Positions 19,386-29,473 of a DNA stretch of 64,000 nt are shown here, in pieces. Position 1 is the stretch's first letter, and every line of letters starts with the position of its first letter. This stretch comes from an uncultured Clostridium sp. (GTDB lineage: Bacteria; Bacillota; Clostridia; TANB77; CAG-508): assembly GCA_948471055.1 (NCBI GenBank), contig CAOKQZ010000005.1:40193-104192 (forward strand), read 5' to 3'. A program made the position numbers and the translations under genes. The notes under the pieces were generated by a model that saw nothing but the letters and a program-made list of their open reading frames with translations, did not search any database and had not been told where the DNA came from.

Positions 19386-22163
19386 ATGGCAGAAGAAAAA
19401 GAGATGAATTATAGTGACACATTAAATTTACCAAAAACCGATTTCCCAATGAGAGGAAACTTACCACAAAATGAACCTACTATTTTAAACGAGGTATTTG
19501 AAAAAGGTTTGTATGAAAAAATGCTAAAAAAGAATGAGGGAAAAGAGCCTTTCGTATTACATGATGGACCACCATATGCCAATGGAGAAATTCATTTAGG
19601 GCATGCCTTAAATAAAGTATTAAAAGATACGATTGTAAGATACAAAAACTTACAAGGGTTTTATACGCCTTATATTCCAGGCTTTGATACTCACGGTATG
19701 CCAACCGAAAAAAAGGCAATCGAAAAACTAGGATTAAATAGAGACGCTATTCCAGTTACCAAGTTTCGTGATACGTGTAAACAATTTACCATGGAATACA
19801 AAGATAAACAAATTGAAGGCTTTAAACGTTTAGGCGTATTAGGCGATTGGGATAACCCATATATTACCTACCAACCACAAGTAGAAGCAAAACAAATTGG
19901 GGTATTTGCTAATATGTATGAGAAGGGATATATCTATAAGGGGCTAAAACCAGTTTACTGGTGTACCGATTGTGAAACGGCACTTGCAGAAGCAGAAATT
20001 GAATATAAAGATATCAATTCTCATACAGCATACGTAAAATTCCCAGTAAAAGATGCCAAAGGAAAATTTGATGAGCAAAACGTATCGTTTGTAATTTGGA
20101 CAACAACCCCATGGACCTTGCCGGGAAATATGGGAATTACCATTGGAGCCGATTACGATTATAGCATTGTGGATATTGGAAAAGAAAAAGTAATCATCGC
20201 AACCGAATTAGTGGCAAAAGTAATGGAAAAAGCAGGAATGACGGAATATAAAGAAACAGCAAAATTTGAAGGAAGCGATTTGGAAGGAATTATTTGTAAA
20301 CATCCATTTTTAGATAGAGACTCTAGAGTAGTACTAGGTTCCGATGATACCATAGTAGTCGAATTAGAAACCGGTACAGGTGCAGTTCACACAGCCCCTG
20401 GCTATGGTAAAGAAGACTACCTTTGTGGATTAAAAAATGGACTAGATATTGTGGTAACCATTGATAGCAAAGGTCATCAAACCGAAGAAGCAGGACCTTT
20501 TGCAGGAATGTATTATGCAAAATCCGATAAAGAAATTATCAAATGGCTAGGCGAAAATGGTTACTTATTAGTAGCTGAAGATGTAAACCACTCTTATCCA
20601 CATTGTTGGAGATGTAAACATCCTGTTATTTACCGTGCGACAAACCAATGGTTTGCATCTGTCGATGGTTTTAGAAAAGAAACCCTAGAGGCAATTAAAA
20701 CCGTAAAATGGTACCCAGCTTGGGGAGAAGAAAGAATTACCAAAATGGTAGAAGATAGAAACGATTGGTGCATTTCTCGCCAAAGAACATGGGGAGTGCC
20801 AATTCCAATTTTCTATTGTGCCAATTGTGAAAAAGAGTACGTAACAAAAGAAAGCTTAGACAAGGTACAAAACATATTTAAAGAAAAGGGCTCAAACGCA
20901 TGGTTTGACTTACCAGAAAAAGAATTAATGCCAGAAGGAGCAACCTGTCCTCACTGTGGTAGTAAAGAATTCAAAAAAGAAACCGATATTATGGATGTAT
21001 GGTTCGATTCTGGTTCAACACATGAATCGGTACTAGCCGAACGTGGACTTCCAGAGGCGAATTTATACCTAGAAGGAAGTGACCAACATAGAGGTTGGTT
21101 CCAATCCTCTCTATTAACCTCGGTGGCAACGAAGGGAAAGGCACCATATAAGGAAGTGTTAACACATGGTTATACGATTGATGAACAAGGAAGAAAAATG
21201 TCTAAAAGCCTAGGAAATGGAATTGACCCCAAAGACGTCATAAACGAATCCGGGGCAGATGTACTAAGACTTTGGGTATTATCGGCAGACTATAAATCGG
21301 ACATTAGTGGTTCCAAAAATATCCTAAAACAAGTTATGGAAGTATACCGAAAAATACGAAATACCGCAAGATATATCTTAGGAAATATTAGCGATTTTGA
21401 TGTAAATGAGCCGGTAGCGTACGAAGATTTACAAGAAATTGACAAATGGGCGTTAATCAAGTTAAATAAATTAATAAAAGATTGTACCAATGCATACGAT
21501 GTATACGATTTCCACAATGCGTACCATGCGATTAATCAATTCTGTGTAGTAGATATGAGTGCCTTTTATTTAGATATTATAAAAGATAGGCTATATACCT
21601 ATAAAAAAGACTCTATTCAAAGAAGAGCAGCCCAAAGCACAATGTATGAAATTTTATCGGCACTTGTTCGAATTTTAGCACCAATGACCTGCTATACAGC
21701 AGAAGAAATATGGAAATACATGCCACATAAAAAGAAAGAAAATACGGAGAGTGTCATGTTAGACTACTATCCAAAAGTAAATCCAAAATACGATAATCCA
21801 CAAATAGAAGAAAAATGGAACAAATACATCAAAATAAAAGACGAAGTAGCCAAAAAACTAGAACAAGCAAGAGCAAACAAAGAAATTGGATTATCCTTAG
21901 CAGCCAAAATAACCCTATTTGCCGACGGCGAAGAATACGAATTTATCAAAGGAAAAGAAGAATTACTAAAAGAAATATTCATTGTATCGGAAGTAGAAAT
22001 GAAACAAGGAAAAGACGAAGAAGACAAAGATGCTATTGTAGGAGTAAGAGTAGAACAAGCAGAAGGTGAAAAATGCGAAAGATGTTGGATGTACTCTAAA
22101 ACCGTAGGGCAAGATACCAACCATCCACATATTTGTAAAAGATGTAGTGATAATTTACAGTAA
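19386..22163 (+). CDS. ileS: isoleucyl-tRNA synthetase
   Basis: HIGH motif (PYANGEIHLGHALN), KMSKS, C-terminal zinc-binding CxxC pairs. 925 aa, intact. Confidence 0.95.
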   Translation: MAEEKEMNYSDTLNLPKTDFPMRGNLPQNEPTILNEVFEKGLYEKMLKKNEGKEPFVLHDGPPYANGEIHLGHALNKVLKDTIVRYKNLQGFYTPYIPGFDTHGMPTEKKAIEKLGLNRDAIPVTKFRDTCKQFTMEYKDKQIEGFKRLGVLGDWDNPYITYQPQVEAKQIGVFANMYEKGYIYKGLKPVYWCTDCETALAEAEIEYKDINSHTAYVKFPVKDAKGKFDEQNVSFVIWTTTPWTLPGNMGITIGADYDYSIVDIGKEKVIIATELVAKVMEKAGMTEYKETAKFEGSDLEGIICKHPFLDRDSRVVLGSDDTIVVELETGTGAVHTAPGYGKEDYLCGLKNGLDIVVTIDSKGHQTEEAGPFAGMYYAKSDKEIIKWLGENGYLLVAEDVNHSYPHCWRCKHPVIYRATNQWFASVDGFRKETLEAIKTVKWYPAWGEERITKMVEDRNDWCISRQRTWGVPIPIFYCANCEKEYVTKESLDKVQNIFKEKGSNAWFDLPEKELMPEGATCPHCGSKEFKKETDIMDVWFDSGSTHESVLAERGLPEANLYLEGSDQHRGWFQSSLLTSVATKGKAPYKEVLTHGYTIDEQGRKMSKSLGNGIDPKDVINESGADVLRLWVLSADYKSDISGSKNILKQVMEVYRKIRNTARYILGNISDFDVNEPVAYEDLQEIDKWALIKLNKLIKDCTNAYDVYDFHNAYHAINQFCVVDMSAFYLDIIKDRLYTYKKDSIQRRAAQSTMYEILSALVRILAPMTCYTAEEIWKYMPHKKKENTESVMLDYYPKVNPKYDNPQIEEKWNKYIKIKDEVAKKLEQARANKEIGLSLAAKITLFADGEEYEFIKGKEELLKEIFIVSEVEMKQGKDEEDKDAIVGVRVEQAEGEKCERCWMYSKTVGQDTNHPHICKRCSDNLQ

Positions 22164-22167
22164 AACG

Positions 22168-22192
22168 TATGGACGACCATTGGTCGTCCATA
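22168..22192 (+). terminator. rho-independent terminator after ileS
   Basis: TATGGACGACCA-TTGGTCGTCCATA hairpin. Confidence 0.55.
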
Positions 22193-22204
22193 GTAATTTA
22201 ATGA

Positions 22205-23026
22205 TTGACGAATTCAAGAAAATATAGTATAATGGTAAACATAAACCAATCAAGGCCAATGTATCAAAATTTTGCAATCGAAGGAGGAAGAAGCATGAAC
22301 AATAAACAAGAATTTGCAAAAGTTGTTACAGAGGTAACAAAAATACAGGAGAGGTGCAACCAGTATTTAGAAAACAAAACGGACAAGGAGCAGCTAGAAA
22401 AAAAGCTGGTACTTGAAGAATTGGATTTCAAGCTACAGTGGGATCGATGGTTTAACTTTTGGAGTGATGACTATGGAATGTACACCCAAATGAAGTGGGA
22501 TCAAGAGAAACGGATACAGGCGATTCCGATTTGTTTCTTTGTTACATTATACGAATTGGATGTAAAAAGGGCATTTCCAAAAGAAGACATACAGATTCCA
22601 TATACATTAAGAGGATTTTGGAAGATGGAGAAGGCGATTAATTTATTGGAGGAATTCATCCATTTCCGGAATAAATGGCAAAGAATTCTTTTTTGGGAAG
22701 TCATAAAGTTACAAAGACGTAATCAAAAGAAAGCATCGCAATATGCCAAGGTAATAGATGAATTTACAACAGTAAAAATTACCATTAGTGGCTGGAAAGA
22801 TTTCGTTTTTTATCAGACAGACTTAAAGTTTTGCTTAAACAAAACCAATGTAAAACTGGATATCGTACCGCTATGCAAACTGTTAACAACTTACTACGTG
22901 AATGTGGTAAGAAAAATTGATTGGTATATAAATCAATATGCAACCAAAGCAGAAGAGGAACGTTTGCAAGAGCTTCAAGAGGAACTGGCTGATTTTATGG
23001 AAAAATATTTTATACACGCATTCTAA
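22205..23026 (+). CDS. hypothetical Trp-rich protein (start more likely 22295 after GAAGGAGG)
   Basis: Long ORF with no recognisable domain. Contains two in-frame CGG codons (EKRIQ, HFRNK) that keep the ORF open only if read as Arg. Confidence 0.4.
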   Translation: MTNSRKYSIMVNINQSRPMYQNFAIEGGRSMNNKQEFAKVVTEVTKIQERCNQYLENKTDKEQLEKKLVLEELDFKLQWDRWFNFWSDDYGMYTQMKWDQEKRIQAIPICFFVTLYELDVKRAFPKEDIQIPYTLRGFWKMEKAINLLEEFIHFRNKWQRILFWEVIKLQRRNQKKASQYAKVIDEFTTVKITISGWKDFVFYQTDLKFCLNKTNVKLDIVPLCKLLTTYYVNVVRKIDWYINQYATKAEEERLQELQEELADFMEKYFIHAF

Positions 23027-23037
23027 ATTCCCGGAAA

Positions 23038-23077
23038 GAACCGGAAGGCAAATTTGTTTTTGCTTTCCGGTTTTTAG
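23038..23077 (+). terminator. rho-independent terminator
   Basis: AACCGGAAGGCAAA...TTTGCTTTCCGGTTTTT. Confidence 0.6.
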
Positions 23078-23141
23078 TATTTTTTAGTAAGTTTTCCATA
23101 TAATATAAAAGGAATAAATTAAAAAGAGAGGAACGACAAAA

Positions 23142-24290
23142 ATGGAGAAAATAAGATATTTTGATCATGCGGCAACAACAGCGACCAAAGAAGAGGTGCT
23201 AAAAGAAATGTTGCCCTTTTTTAGTTTAAATTATGGGAATGCATCTTCTATGTATAGCATTGGGAGAAAATCAAGAAAAGCGGTAGAAGAGGCAAGGCAA
23301 AGGACAGCTCATGCCATTGGGGCAGATACAAAGGAGATTTATTTTACTTCATGTGGAAGTGAAAGTGATAATTTAGCCATAAAAGGGGTAGCATATGCAA
23401 ATCGCGACAGAGGAAACCATATTATTACCACTAAAATAGAACACCCAGCAGTACTTCATACATGCCAGCACTTAGAAAAAGAAGGATTTCGTGTAACGTA
23501 TCTGAATGTAAATGAGGAGGGATTCATTAATTTAAGTGAATTAGAAAATGCGATAGGCAAAGAAACGATTTTAATTAGTGTGATGTTTGCTAATAATGAG
23601 CTAGGAACCATAGAACCAATTAAGAAAATTGGAGAGATTGCCAAAAAACATCAAATTTATTTCCATACAGATGCAGTGCAAGCCATTGGAAATATTCGTA
23701 TTGATGTAAAAGAATATCATATCGATTTACTATCGATGTCTGCCCATAAATTTTATGGACCAAAAGGAATGGGAGCTTTATATGTAAAAACAGGGGTTAA
23801 TTTTGAAAAAATACAAGATGGTGGACACCAAGAAAGAAACATGAGAGCAGGAACGGAAAATGTAGCAGGAATTGTAGGGCTAGGAAAAGCCATAGAGCTT
23901 GCTTATGAGAATTTTGATGCGTATAATGAAAAATTAACCAATTTACGTGATTACTATATTTCACAAATACAAGAAAAAATTCCCCATACCAAAGTAAATG
24001 GACATAGAACCAAACGTCTACCAGGAAATGCCAACATTTCCTTTGAATTTGTCGATGGAGAAGCCCTATTATTAAAGCTAGACCTAAAAGGAATTTGTGC
24101 CTCATCTGGCTCAGCCTGTACATCAGGCTCCTTAGACCCATCCCATGTACTAGTAGCCATTGGTTTGCCACCGAAAATGGCAAACGGAGCCTTACGAGTT
24201 ACCTTTGGCGATGACAATACAAAAGAAGACGTGGATTATTTGGTAGACAGTCTAGTAGAAATTGTGGAGAAATTAAGAGAAACCTCGTAA
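23142..24290 (+). CDS. cysteine desulfurase (NifS/IscS class V aminotransferase)
   Basis: PLP-lysine context SAHKFYGPKGMGALYV and active-site SSGSACTSG. Confidence 0.85.
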   Translation: MEKIRYFDHAATTATKEEVLKEMLPFFSLNYGNASSMYSIGRKSRKAVEEARQRTAHAIGADTKEIYFTSCGSESDNLAIKGVAYANRDRGNHIITTKIEHPAVLHTCQHLEKEGFRVTYLNVNEEGFINLSELENAIGKETILISVMFANNELGTIEPIKKIGEIAKKHQIYFHTDAVQAIGNIRIDVKEYHIDLLSMSAHKFYGPKGMGALYVKTGVNFEKIQDGGHQERNMRAGTENVAGIVGLGKAIELAYENFDAYNEKLTNLRDYYISQIQEKIPHTKVNGHRTKRLPGNANISFEFVDGEALLLKLDLKGICASSGSACTSGSLDPSHVLVAIGLPPKMANGALRVTFGDDNTKEDVDYLVDSLVEIVEKLRETS

Positions 24291-24419
24291 GACTACAAGA
24301 GGTTTAAAAACATAAAGTAACATAAATCAAGATTGCAAATTAATAGATTTAATGCTATACTATAAATAGCAATTTGTCTTAAATTAAACGGAGGAAATAA
24401 CAACAGGAGGAACACAATA

Positions 24420-24647
24420 ATGGAAAGAAAAATTTTTAAAATCCTTTGCGTTTTAATTGCTAGTTTGTTTGTAGTAGGAGTTGCTTCATTCCTAATAGGA
24501 GTGATGATTATCGAAATCAATGGATTTTGTGGATCCATATGGTTTGATACTACTCGTATGTTATTTACACTGATAGCTATTATGCTACCAATATGTTTGT
24601 GGGTAAGTATAAAGCTGGAAGAGGAACAGCAAAACAAAACTCGCTGA
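24420..24647 (+). CDS. small membrane protein, hypothetical
   Basis: 75 aa, two TM helices, good RBS (ACAGGAGGAACACAATAATG). Ends at a bidirectional terminator shared with asd. Confidence 0.3.
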   Translation: MERKIFKILCVLIASLFVVGVASFLIGVMIIEINGFCGSIWFDTTRMLFTLIAIMLPICLWVSIKLEEEQQNKTR

Positions 24648-24650
24648 AGT

Positions 24651-25673
24651 TTAGCGAGTTTTTGTTTTGCCTTTTTCAATCAATTTTTCTACAATCTGTA
24701 CTGCATTTGAGGCAGCACCTTTTCGAATGTTATCGGCAACAACCCATAGGTTTAATCCATTTTCTACACTCTCATCACGCCTAATGCGACCAACATATAC
24801 CTCATCATGACCATTGGCAATGGTAGCAAGAGGGTATTCGTTTTTAGAAACATCATCTAAAACAATAACATTAGAATAATCGTGTAAGGTTTGTATTACT
24901 TCTTCTAAAGTAAAAGGCTTTTCAAGCTCCACATTAATACTCTCACTATGGGAATTCATAACTGGTACACGAACACAAGTAGCGGTTACTTTTAAATCTG
25001 GTTTTTTTAATATTTTTCTTGTTTCATTTATCATTTTTTCTTCTTCTTTGGTATAACCATTTTCCAAAAACACATCAATATGTGGTAAACAATTATTATA
25101 AATCGGATGAGCAAATTTTTTTAGTGGTTCGTCTTTTGCACCATTTTCTAAATCTTCTATTCCAAGTCTTCCAGCACCAGATACAGCTTGATAAGTAGAA
25201 TAAATGACTCTTTTTATTCCGAATTTGTTATCCAAAGCCTTTAAAGGAACAACGGCTTGAATGGTAGAACAATTTGGATTAGCAATAATTCCATGATGGT
25301 TTAAAATTTCCTCCGAATTTACCTCAGGGACAACCAAAGGGACATCCTTTTCCATACGAAAAGCACTACTATTATCTACGACAACACAACCGTGTAAAGC
25401 AGCAATAGGAGCATATTTTTTGGCGGTATCTCCACCAGCAGAAAAAATAGCAAAATCAAAACCTTGGTTAAAAGAATCCTCGGTTAATTCTCGAACAATA
25501 TAGGGTTTTCCTTGAAATAGAATTTCTTTGCCAGCAGAATGAGAAGAAGCAAAAAAAGCATATTCTAAAATTGGTAAATTCTTTTCCTCTAAGACCTTAA
25601 GGACCATTCTTCCAACAACTCCAGTTGAACCAACAACAGCAAGTTTATATTTTTTTTCACTCATATGTAACAC
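24651..25673 (-). CDS. asd: aspartate-semialdehyde dehydrogenase
   Basis: N-terminal NAD fold LAVVGSTGVVG and the catalytic Cys region. 340 aa. Confidence 0.9.
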   Translation of the reverse strand: MLHMSEKKYKLAVVGSTGVVGRMVLKVLEEKNLPILEYAFFASSHSAGKEILFQGKPYIVRELTEDSFNQGFDFAIFSAGGDTAKKYAPIAALHGCVVVDNSSAFRMEKDVPLVVPEVNSEEILNHHGIIANPNCSTIQAVVPLKALDNKFGIKRVIYSTYQAVSGAGRLGIEDLENGAKDEPLKKFAHPIYNNCLPHIDVFLENGYTKEEEKMINETRKILKKPDLKVTATCVRVPVMNSHSESINVELEKPFTLEEVIQTLHDYSNVIVLDDVSKNEYPLATIANGHDEVYVGRIRRDESVENGLNLWVVADNIRKGAASNAVQIVEKLIEKGKTKTR

Positions 25674-25830
25674 CTTCTTAATTTTAAAAAAGTAAAAATA
25701 TAGTCATATTTTTACTTGACTTATGTAAGTATTATATGATAAAACAAAAACAAAAGAAACATTTTTTAGAAAAATATTAATCAAAAGGGTAACAATTCAG
25801 AAGTAATCATTTCATATGTTAACTCATTTT

Positions 25831-25908
25831 AAGAACCCCTAGTCGCTCCGCGACAGCCCCCTTGTTAAAGGGGCTTTCCTGTAAGGCCTTTGAAGTTTGT
25901 ATGCAATA
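25831..25908. repeat. structured intergenic repeat family B copy, directly upstream of ddh
   Basis: aagaacccctagtcgctccgcgacagcccccttgttaaaggggctttcctgtaaggcctttgaagtttgtatgcaata. Contains nested hairpins (GTCGC..GCGAC and AGCCCCC..GGGGCT). Homologous copies at 45257, 57385, 58491/58631. Confidence 0.8.
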
Positions 25909-25958
25909 GGCAAGTACAAAATGATAAAATAAACAATTAAAATGGGAGGTAAATAAGT

Positions 25959-26942
25959 ATGGAACAAAAAATTAGAATTGGAATTTGTGGGTATGGAAAT
26001 CTTGGAAAAGGTGTCCAAAAAGCAATTTCCAAAAACAGTGACATGGAACTTGTAGCTGTTTTTACAAGAAGGGAACCTGCCGAAATAAGTAAGCAGACAT
26101 CTACAAAAGTAGTTCCAATTAGCGAGGTTGAAGAGTGGAGAAACAAAGTAGATGTCATGATTATGTGTGGCGGTTCGGCAACCGATTTACCGGAACAAGT
26201 ACCTACATTTGCAAAACTTTTTTGCACAGTCGACAGTTTTGACACACATGCCAAAATACCAGAGTATTTAAAGACTGTTGATAAAGAAGCAAAAGAAGGT
26301 GGAAACGTGTCGATTATCTCTGTTGGCTGGGACCCGGGAATGTTTTCTAATATGAGGGCATATGCAGAGGCAATCTTACCATTTTGTCATACCTACACCT
26401 TTTGGGGCAAAGGGGTAAGCCAAGGACATTCCGATGCCATTCGTAGGATTAAAGGCGTAAAAGATGCACGTCAGTATACCATACCAGTTTCTAAGGCAAT
26501 GGAAGCGGTAAGGACAGGCGAAAACCCAGAGCTTTCAACAAGCCAAAAACACACAAGAGAATGTTTTGTTGTAGCAGAAGACGGAGCAAATTTGGCAGAA
26601 ATTGAAAAAGAAATTGTAACAATGCCAAACTATTTTGCTGATTATGATACAACTGTACATTTCATCAGCCAAGAAGAATTAAACAAAAACCACAGTGGTT
26701 TACCTCATGGCGGAAGTGTCATCTCTTGCGGGCAAACAGGAGAAGAAAACAAGCAAGTAATGGAATATTCACTAAACCTTGCTTCCAACCCAGAATTCAC
26801 GGGTTCTGTACTTGTCGCATACGCAAGAGTAGCGTACAGAATGAAACAAGAAGGCATAACAGGAGCAAAAACCGTCTTAGACGTTCCACCCATTATGCTA
26901 AACAAAGATGAGAGAGAAGAGGTTATTAAAAGGTTATTGTAA
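25959..26942 (+). CDS. ddh: meso-diaminopimelate D-dehydrogenase
   Basis: N-terminus RIGICGYGNLGKGVQKAI...LVAVFTRR matches the Ddh family. Confidence 0.85.
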   Translation: MEQKIRIGICGYGNLGKGVQKAISKNSDMELVAVFTRREPAEISKQTSTKVVPISEVEEWRNKVDVMIMCGGSATDLPEQVPTFAKLFCTVDSFDTHAKIPEYLKTVDKEAKEGGNVSIISVGWDPGMFSNMRAYAEAILPFCHTYTFWGKGVSQGHSDAIRRIKGVKDARQYTIPVSKAMEAVRTGENPELSTSQKHTRECFVVAEDGANLAEIEKEIVTMPNYFADYDTTVHFISQEELNKNHSGLPHGGSVISCGQTGEENKQVMEYSLNLASNPEFTGSVLVAYARVAYRMKQEGITGAKTVLDVPPIMLNKDEREEVIKRLL

Positions 26943-26955
26943 AAAGTAAGTAGGT

Positions 26956-26999
26956 ACAAGAAGGGGCTAACCAAATGGTTGCTCCCTTCTTGTTCTTTT
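26956..26999 (+). terminator. rho-independent terminator after ddh
   Basis: ACAAGAAGGGGC...GCTCCCTTCTTGTTCTTTT. Confidence 0.6.
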
Positions 27000-27161
27000 A
27001 CATTATAAGGTAAATGAACAATGGTAATAAAATTGAAAATAGACATAAAGTGTGTTATAATGTAATAGAAAGATTAAAGTATATTTTTCCTAGATTCCTA
27101 ACGAAAGTTAGTTTACGATAAATAACATATTAAACAGAACCTTAAATAAGGAGGAAAAAAG

Positions 27162-27512
27162 ATGAGAAACAAAGTGTTTTCAATATGCGGAATAATTTGT
27201 TGTGTAATGCTAATATTGGGGATAATTTATGACGGAGTGTCTTCGGAGTATCGGGAAACTACGGAGAAAGTAGAAGTTGTAAATAAAAGCTATGACCCAA
27301 ACTTAGCGATGCAACTAGCTACTAAAACATATCCATTAGAGTTATATGCTAATTATAATGTATATGTTTTATATGAAGGCGAGGAATATTGCCTACAAAA
27401 TGAAGAACTATACGACACAGTTGAAATCGGAGACACGATAGAAGTTACAGTAACAAAAAGTTTCGATAAAGATGGTAAAATGAAAAACACAGAGATTAGT
27501 ATTGAAGACTAG
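27162..27512 (+). CDS. hypothetical small membrane-anchored protein
   Basis: 116 aa, N-terminal TM helix, RBS AAGGAGGAAAAAAGATG. One in-frame CGG (EYRETT) read as Arg keeps the ORF open. Confidence 0.4.
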   Translation: MRNKVFSICGIICCVMLILGIIYDGVSSEYRETTEKVEVVNKSYDPNLAMQLATKTYPLELYANYNVYVLYEGEEYCLQNEELYDTVEIGDTIEVTVTKSFDKDGKMKNTEISIED

Positions 27513-27660
27513 TTTCAAAGAAACTGTCGCAAAGAGTTTGCGACAGTTTTCGAATCTTTTTATTCCTTATAATAAATTTTGACAAGAACCATTGAAAAAA
27601 AACACACTTTGTGATATAAGTTAGAATAGCAAAATATAAAATTTAGAAAGAAAGTTTTTT

Positions 27661-28687
27661 ATGAAGAACATAAAGGATTACAATTTAGAGGAATTAAAGC
27701 AGGAATTAGCGAGGTTAGGGGAGAAGCCATTTCGTGCGGAGCAGATTTTTCGTTGGCTTTATATTGAAAATGTTACAAATTTTGATGAAATGACGAATTT
27801 ATCTTTGGAACTTAGGGAAAAATTAAAGAAGGAATATAGTATATGCATTTTTCAAGTATTAAGAAAACAAGAATCGAGTGACGGAACAAAAAAATACTTA
27901 TTTGATGTATTAGACGGAAATGCCATAGAAACTGTTCTTATGAGTTATCATCACGGTTATAGCTTATGTGTTTCTTCGCAAATTGGCTGTAAAATGGGGT
28001 GCAAATTTTGTGCTTCCACGGGTATCAATTTTATTCGAAACCTAACTTCTGGCGAAATCGTAGAACAGATTTTGGCAGTCCAAAGAGAGGCAAAAGTAAA
28101 AATATCCAATATTGTGTTTATGGGAATTGGAGAACCAATGGATAATTTCGAAAATGTAATGAATGCCATTGGTATTATGAACCATCAAAAAGGACTGAAT
28201 ATTGGAGCAAGACATATTAGCATTTCCACAAGTGGAATTGTTCCGAAAATTTATGAACTAGCCAAGAGAGATTTACAATGCACTTTATCCATTTCCCTAC
28301 ATGCAACAACTGATGAAAAAAGAAGTGCCATGATGCCAGTAAATAAAAAATATCCGATTTCGGAATTAATGCACGCATGTAAAGACTATATCGAAACCAC
28401 CAATAAACGAATTTCGTTTGAATATGCTCTTGCAAAAGACAATAACGATAATTTAGAAGACGCCAAACGACTAGTAAAATTGCTAAAAGGCATGATATGC
28501 CATGTCAATTTAATTCCCATTAATAAAATAGAAAATGGAACATATGTCAAAAGTACGAATGAAAACATCATCAAATTTCGAGATTATTTAAATGAGCATG
28601 GAATTGTAGCAACCATAAGAAGAGAATTAGGCTCAGATATTGATGCTGCATGCCGGACAACTCAGAAGAAAAAACTTAAAAACATAA
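27661..28687 (+). CDS. rlmN: 23S rRNA/tRNA m2A methyltransferase RlmN (radical SAM); C-terminus requires +1 shift at CGG 28654-28656
   Basis: CxxxCxxC radical SAM (CKMGCKFCAS). With the C at 28654 skipped, the C-terminus reads DIDAACGQLRRKNLKT*, the canonical RlmN ending, and stops just before the stp RBS. The track ORF otherwise overlaps stp by 50 nt. Confidence 0.85.
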
Positions 28688-28696
28688 GGAGGAAAC

Positions 28697-29431
28697 ATGA
28701 GAGTTTTTGCAAAGACCGACTTAGGAAAAGCAAGACAGATGAATGAAGACTTTTATTATATAACCCCCAGTGTAGAGGATAAATTACAACTTTACATTTT
28801 AGCAGATGGTATGGGGGGATATAATGGGGGAGAAATTGCAAGCAAACTTGCAACCCTCAGTGCGAAAAGTTATATTGAAACCAATTTTGAAACAACACCA
28901 CATGATAGAGAAAATATTTTAAAACTAATTGCAAGTAGTATTGAATATGCTAATATGGTAGTGTATGAAAAAGCAAAGGAAAATGTAGAATTAGCAAATA
29001 TGGGTACTACTTTGGAGATTTGCTTAATATATAATAATAAGGCATTTATTGGGCATATTGGAGATAGCCGAATTTATCGAATTCGAAAAGAATTTATAAG
29101 GAAACTAACCAAAGACCATAGTTATGTAGAAGAATTAGTAAAAGACGGAACGATTACCAAAGAAGAAGCCGAACATCACCCAAAGAAAAATATGTTAATG
29201 AAAGCAGTTGGCTGTACACCCTATGTGGAACCAGATGTTATGGTAAAAGGATTTTTAAAAGAAGATGTACTTCTTATGTGCTCCGATGGTTTAACCAATA
29301 TGGTAACAGAACAAGAAATTTATGAGTATGTAAAAAAAGAAGTAACCGATAGTTGTGATAATTTAGTAAAAAGGGCAAATGAAATGGGAGGATATGACAA
29401 TATTACAGTGGTTATCATTCAGAATAACTAA
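28697..29431 (+). CDS. stp: PP2C-family Ser/Thr phosphatase
   Basis: PP2C motifs (DGMGG, GDSR); conserved pairing with the downstream PASTA kinase. Confidence 0.85.
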   Translation: MRVFAKTDLGKARQMNEDFYYITPSVEDKLQLYILADGMGGYNGGEIASKLATLSAKSYIETNFETTPHDRENILKLIASSIEYANMVVYEKAKENVELANMGTTLEICLIYNNKAFIGHIGDSRIYRIRKEFIRKLTKDHSYVEELVKDGTITKEEAEHHPKKNMLMKAVGCTPYVEPDVMVKGFLKEDVLLMCSDGLTNMVTEQEIYEYVKKEVTDSCDNLVKRANEMGGYDNITVVIIQNN

Positions 29432-29473
29432 ATAATCGATGAAATTGTGATATCTTATAATCAAATTTTGTAA

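Noticed and set aside
24293-24679. 128-aa minus-strand ORF overlapping the 24420 small membrane ORF and the asd terminator
   Set aside because: It runs antisense across a terminator hairpin and a better-supported plus-strand small ORF, with no RBS.
28654-28746. Apparent 50-nt overlap of rlmN with stp
   Set aside because: It disappears when the CGG at 28654 is treated like the other sites. rlmN then ends with the canonical DIDAACGQL... tail and stops before the stp RBS.
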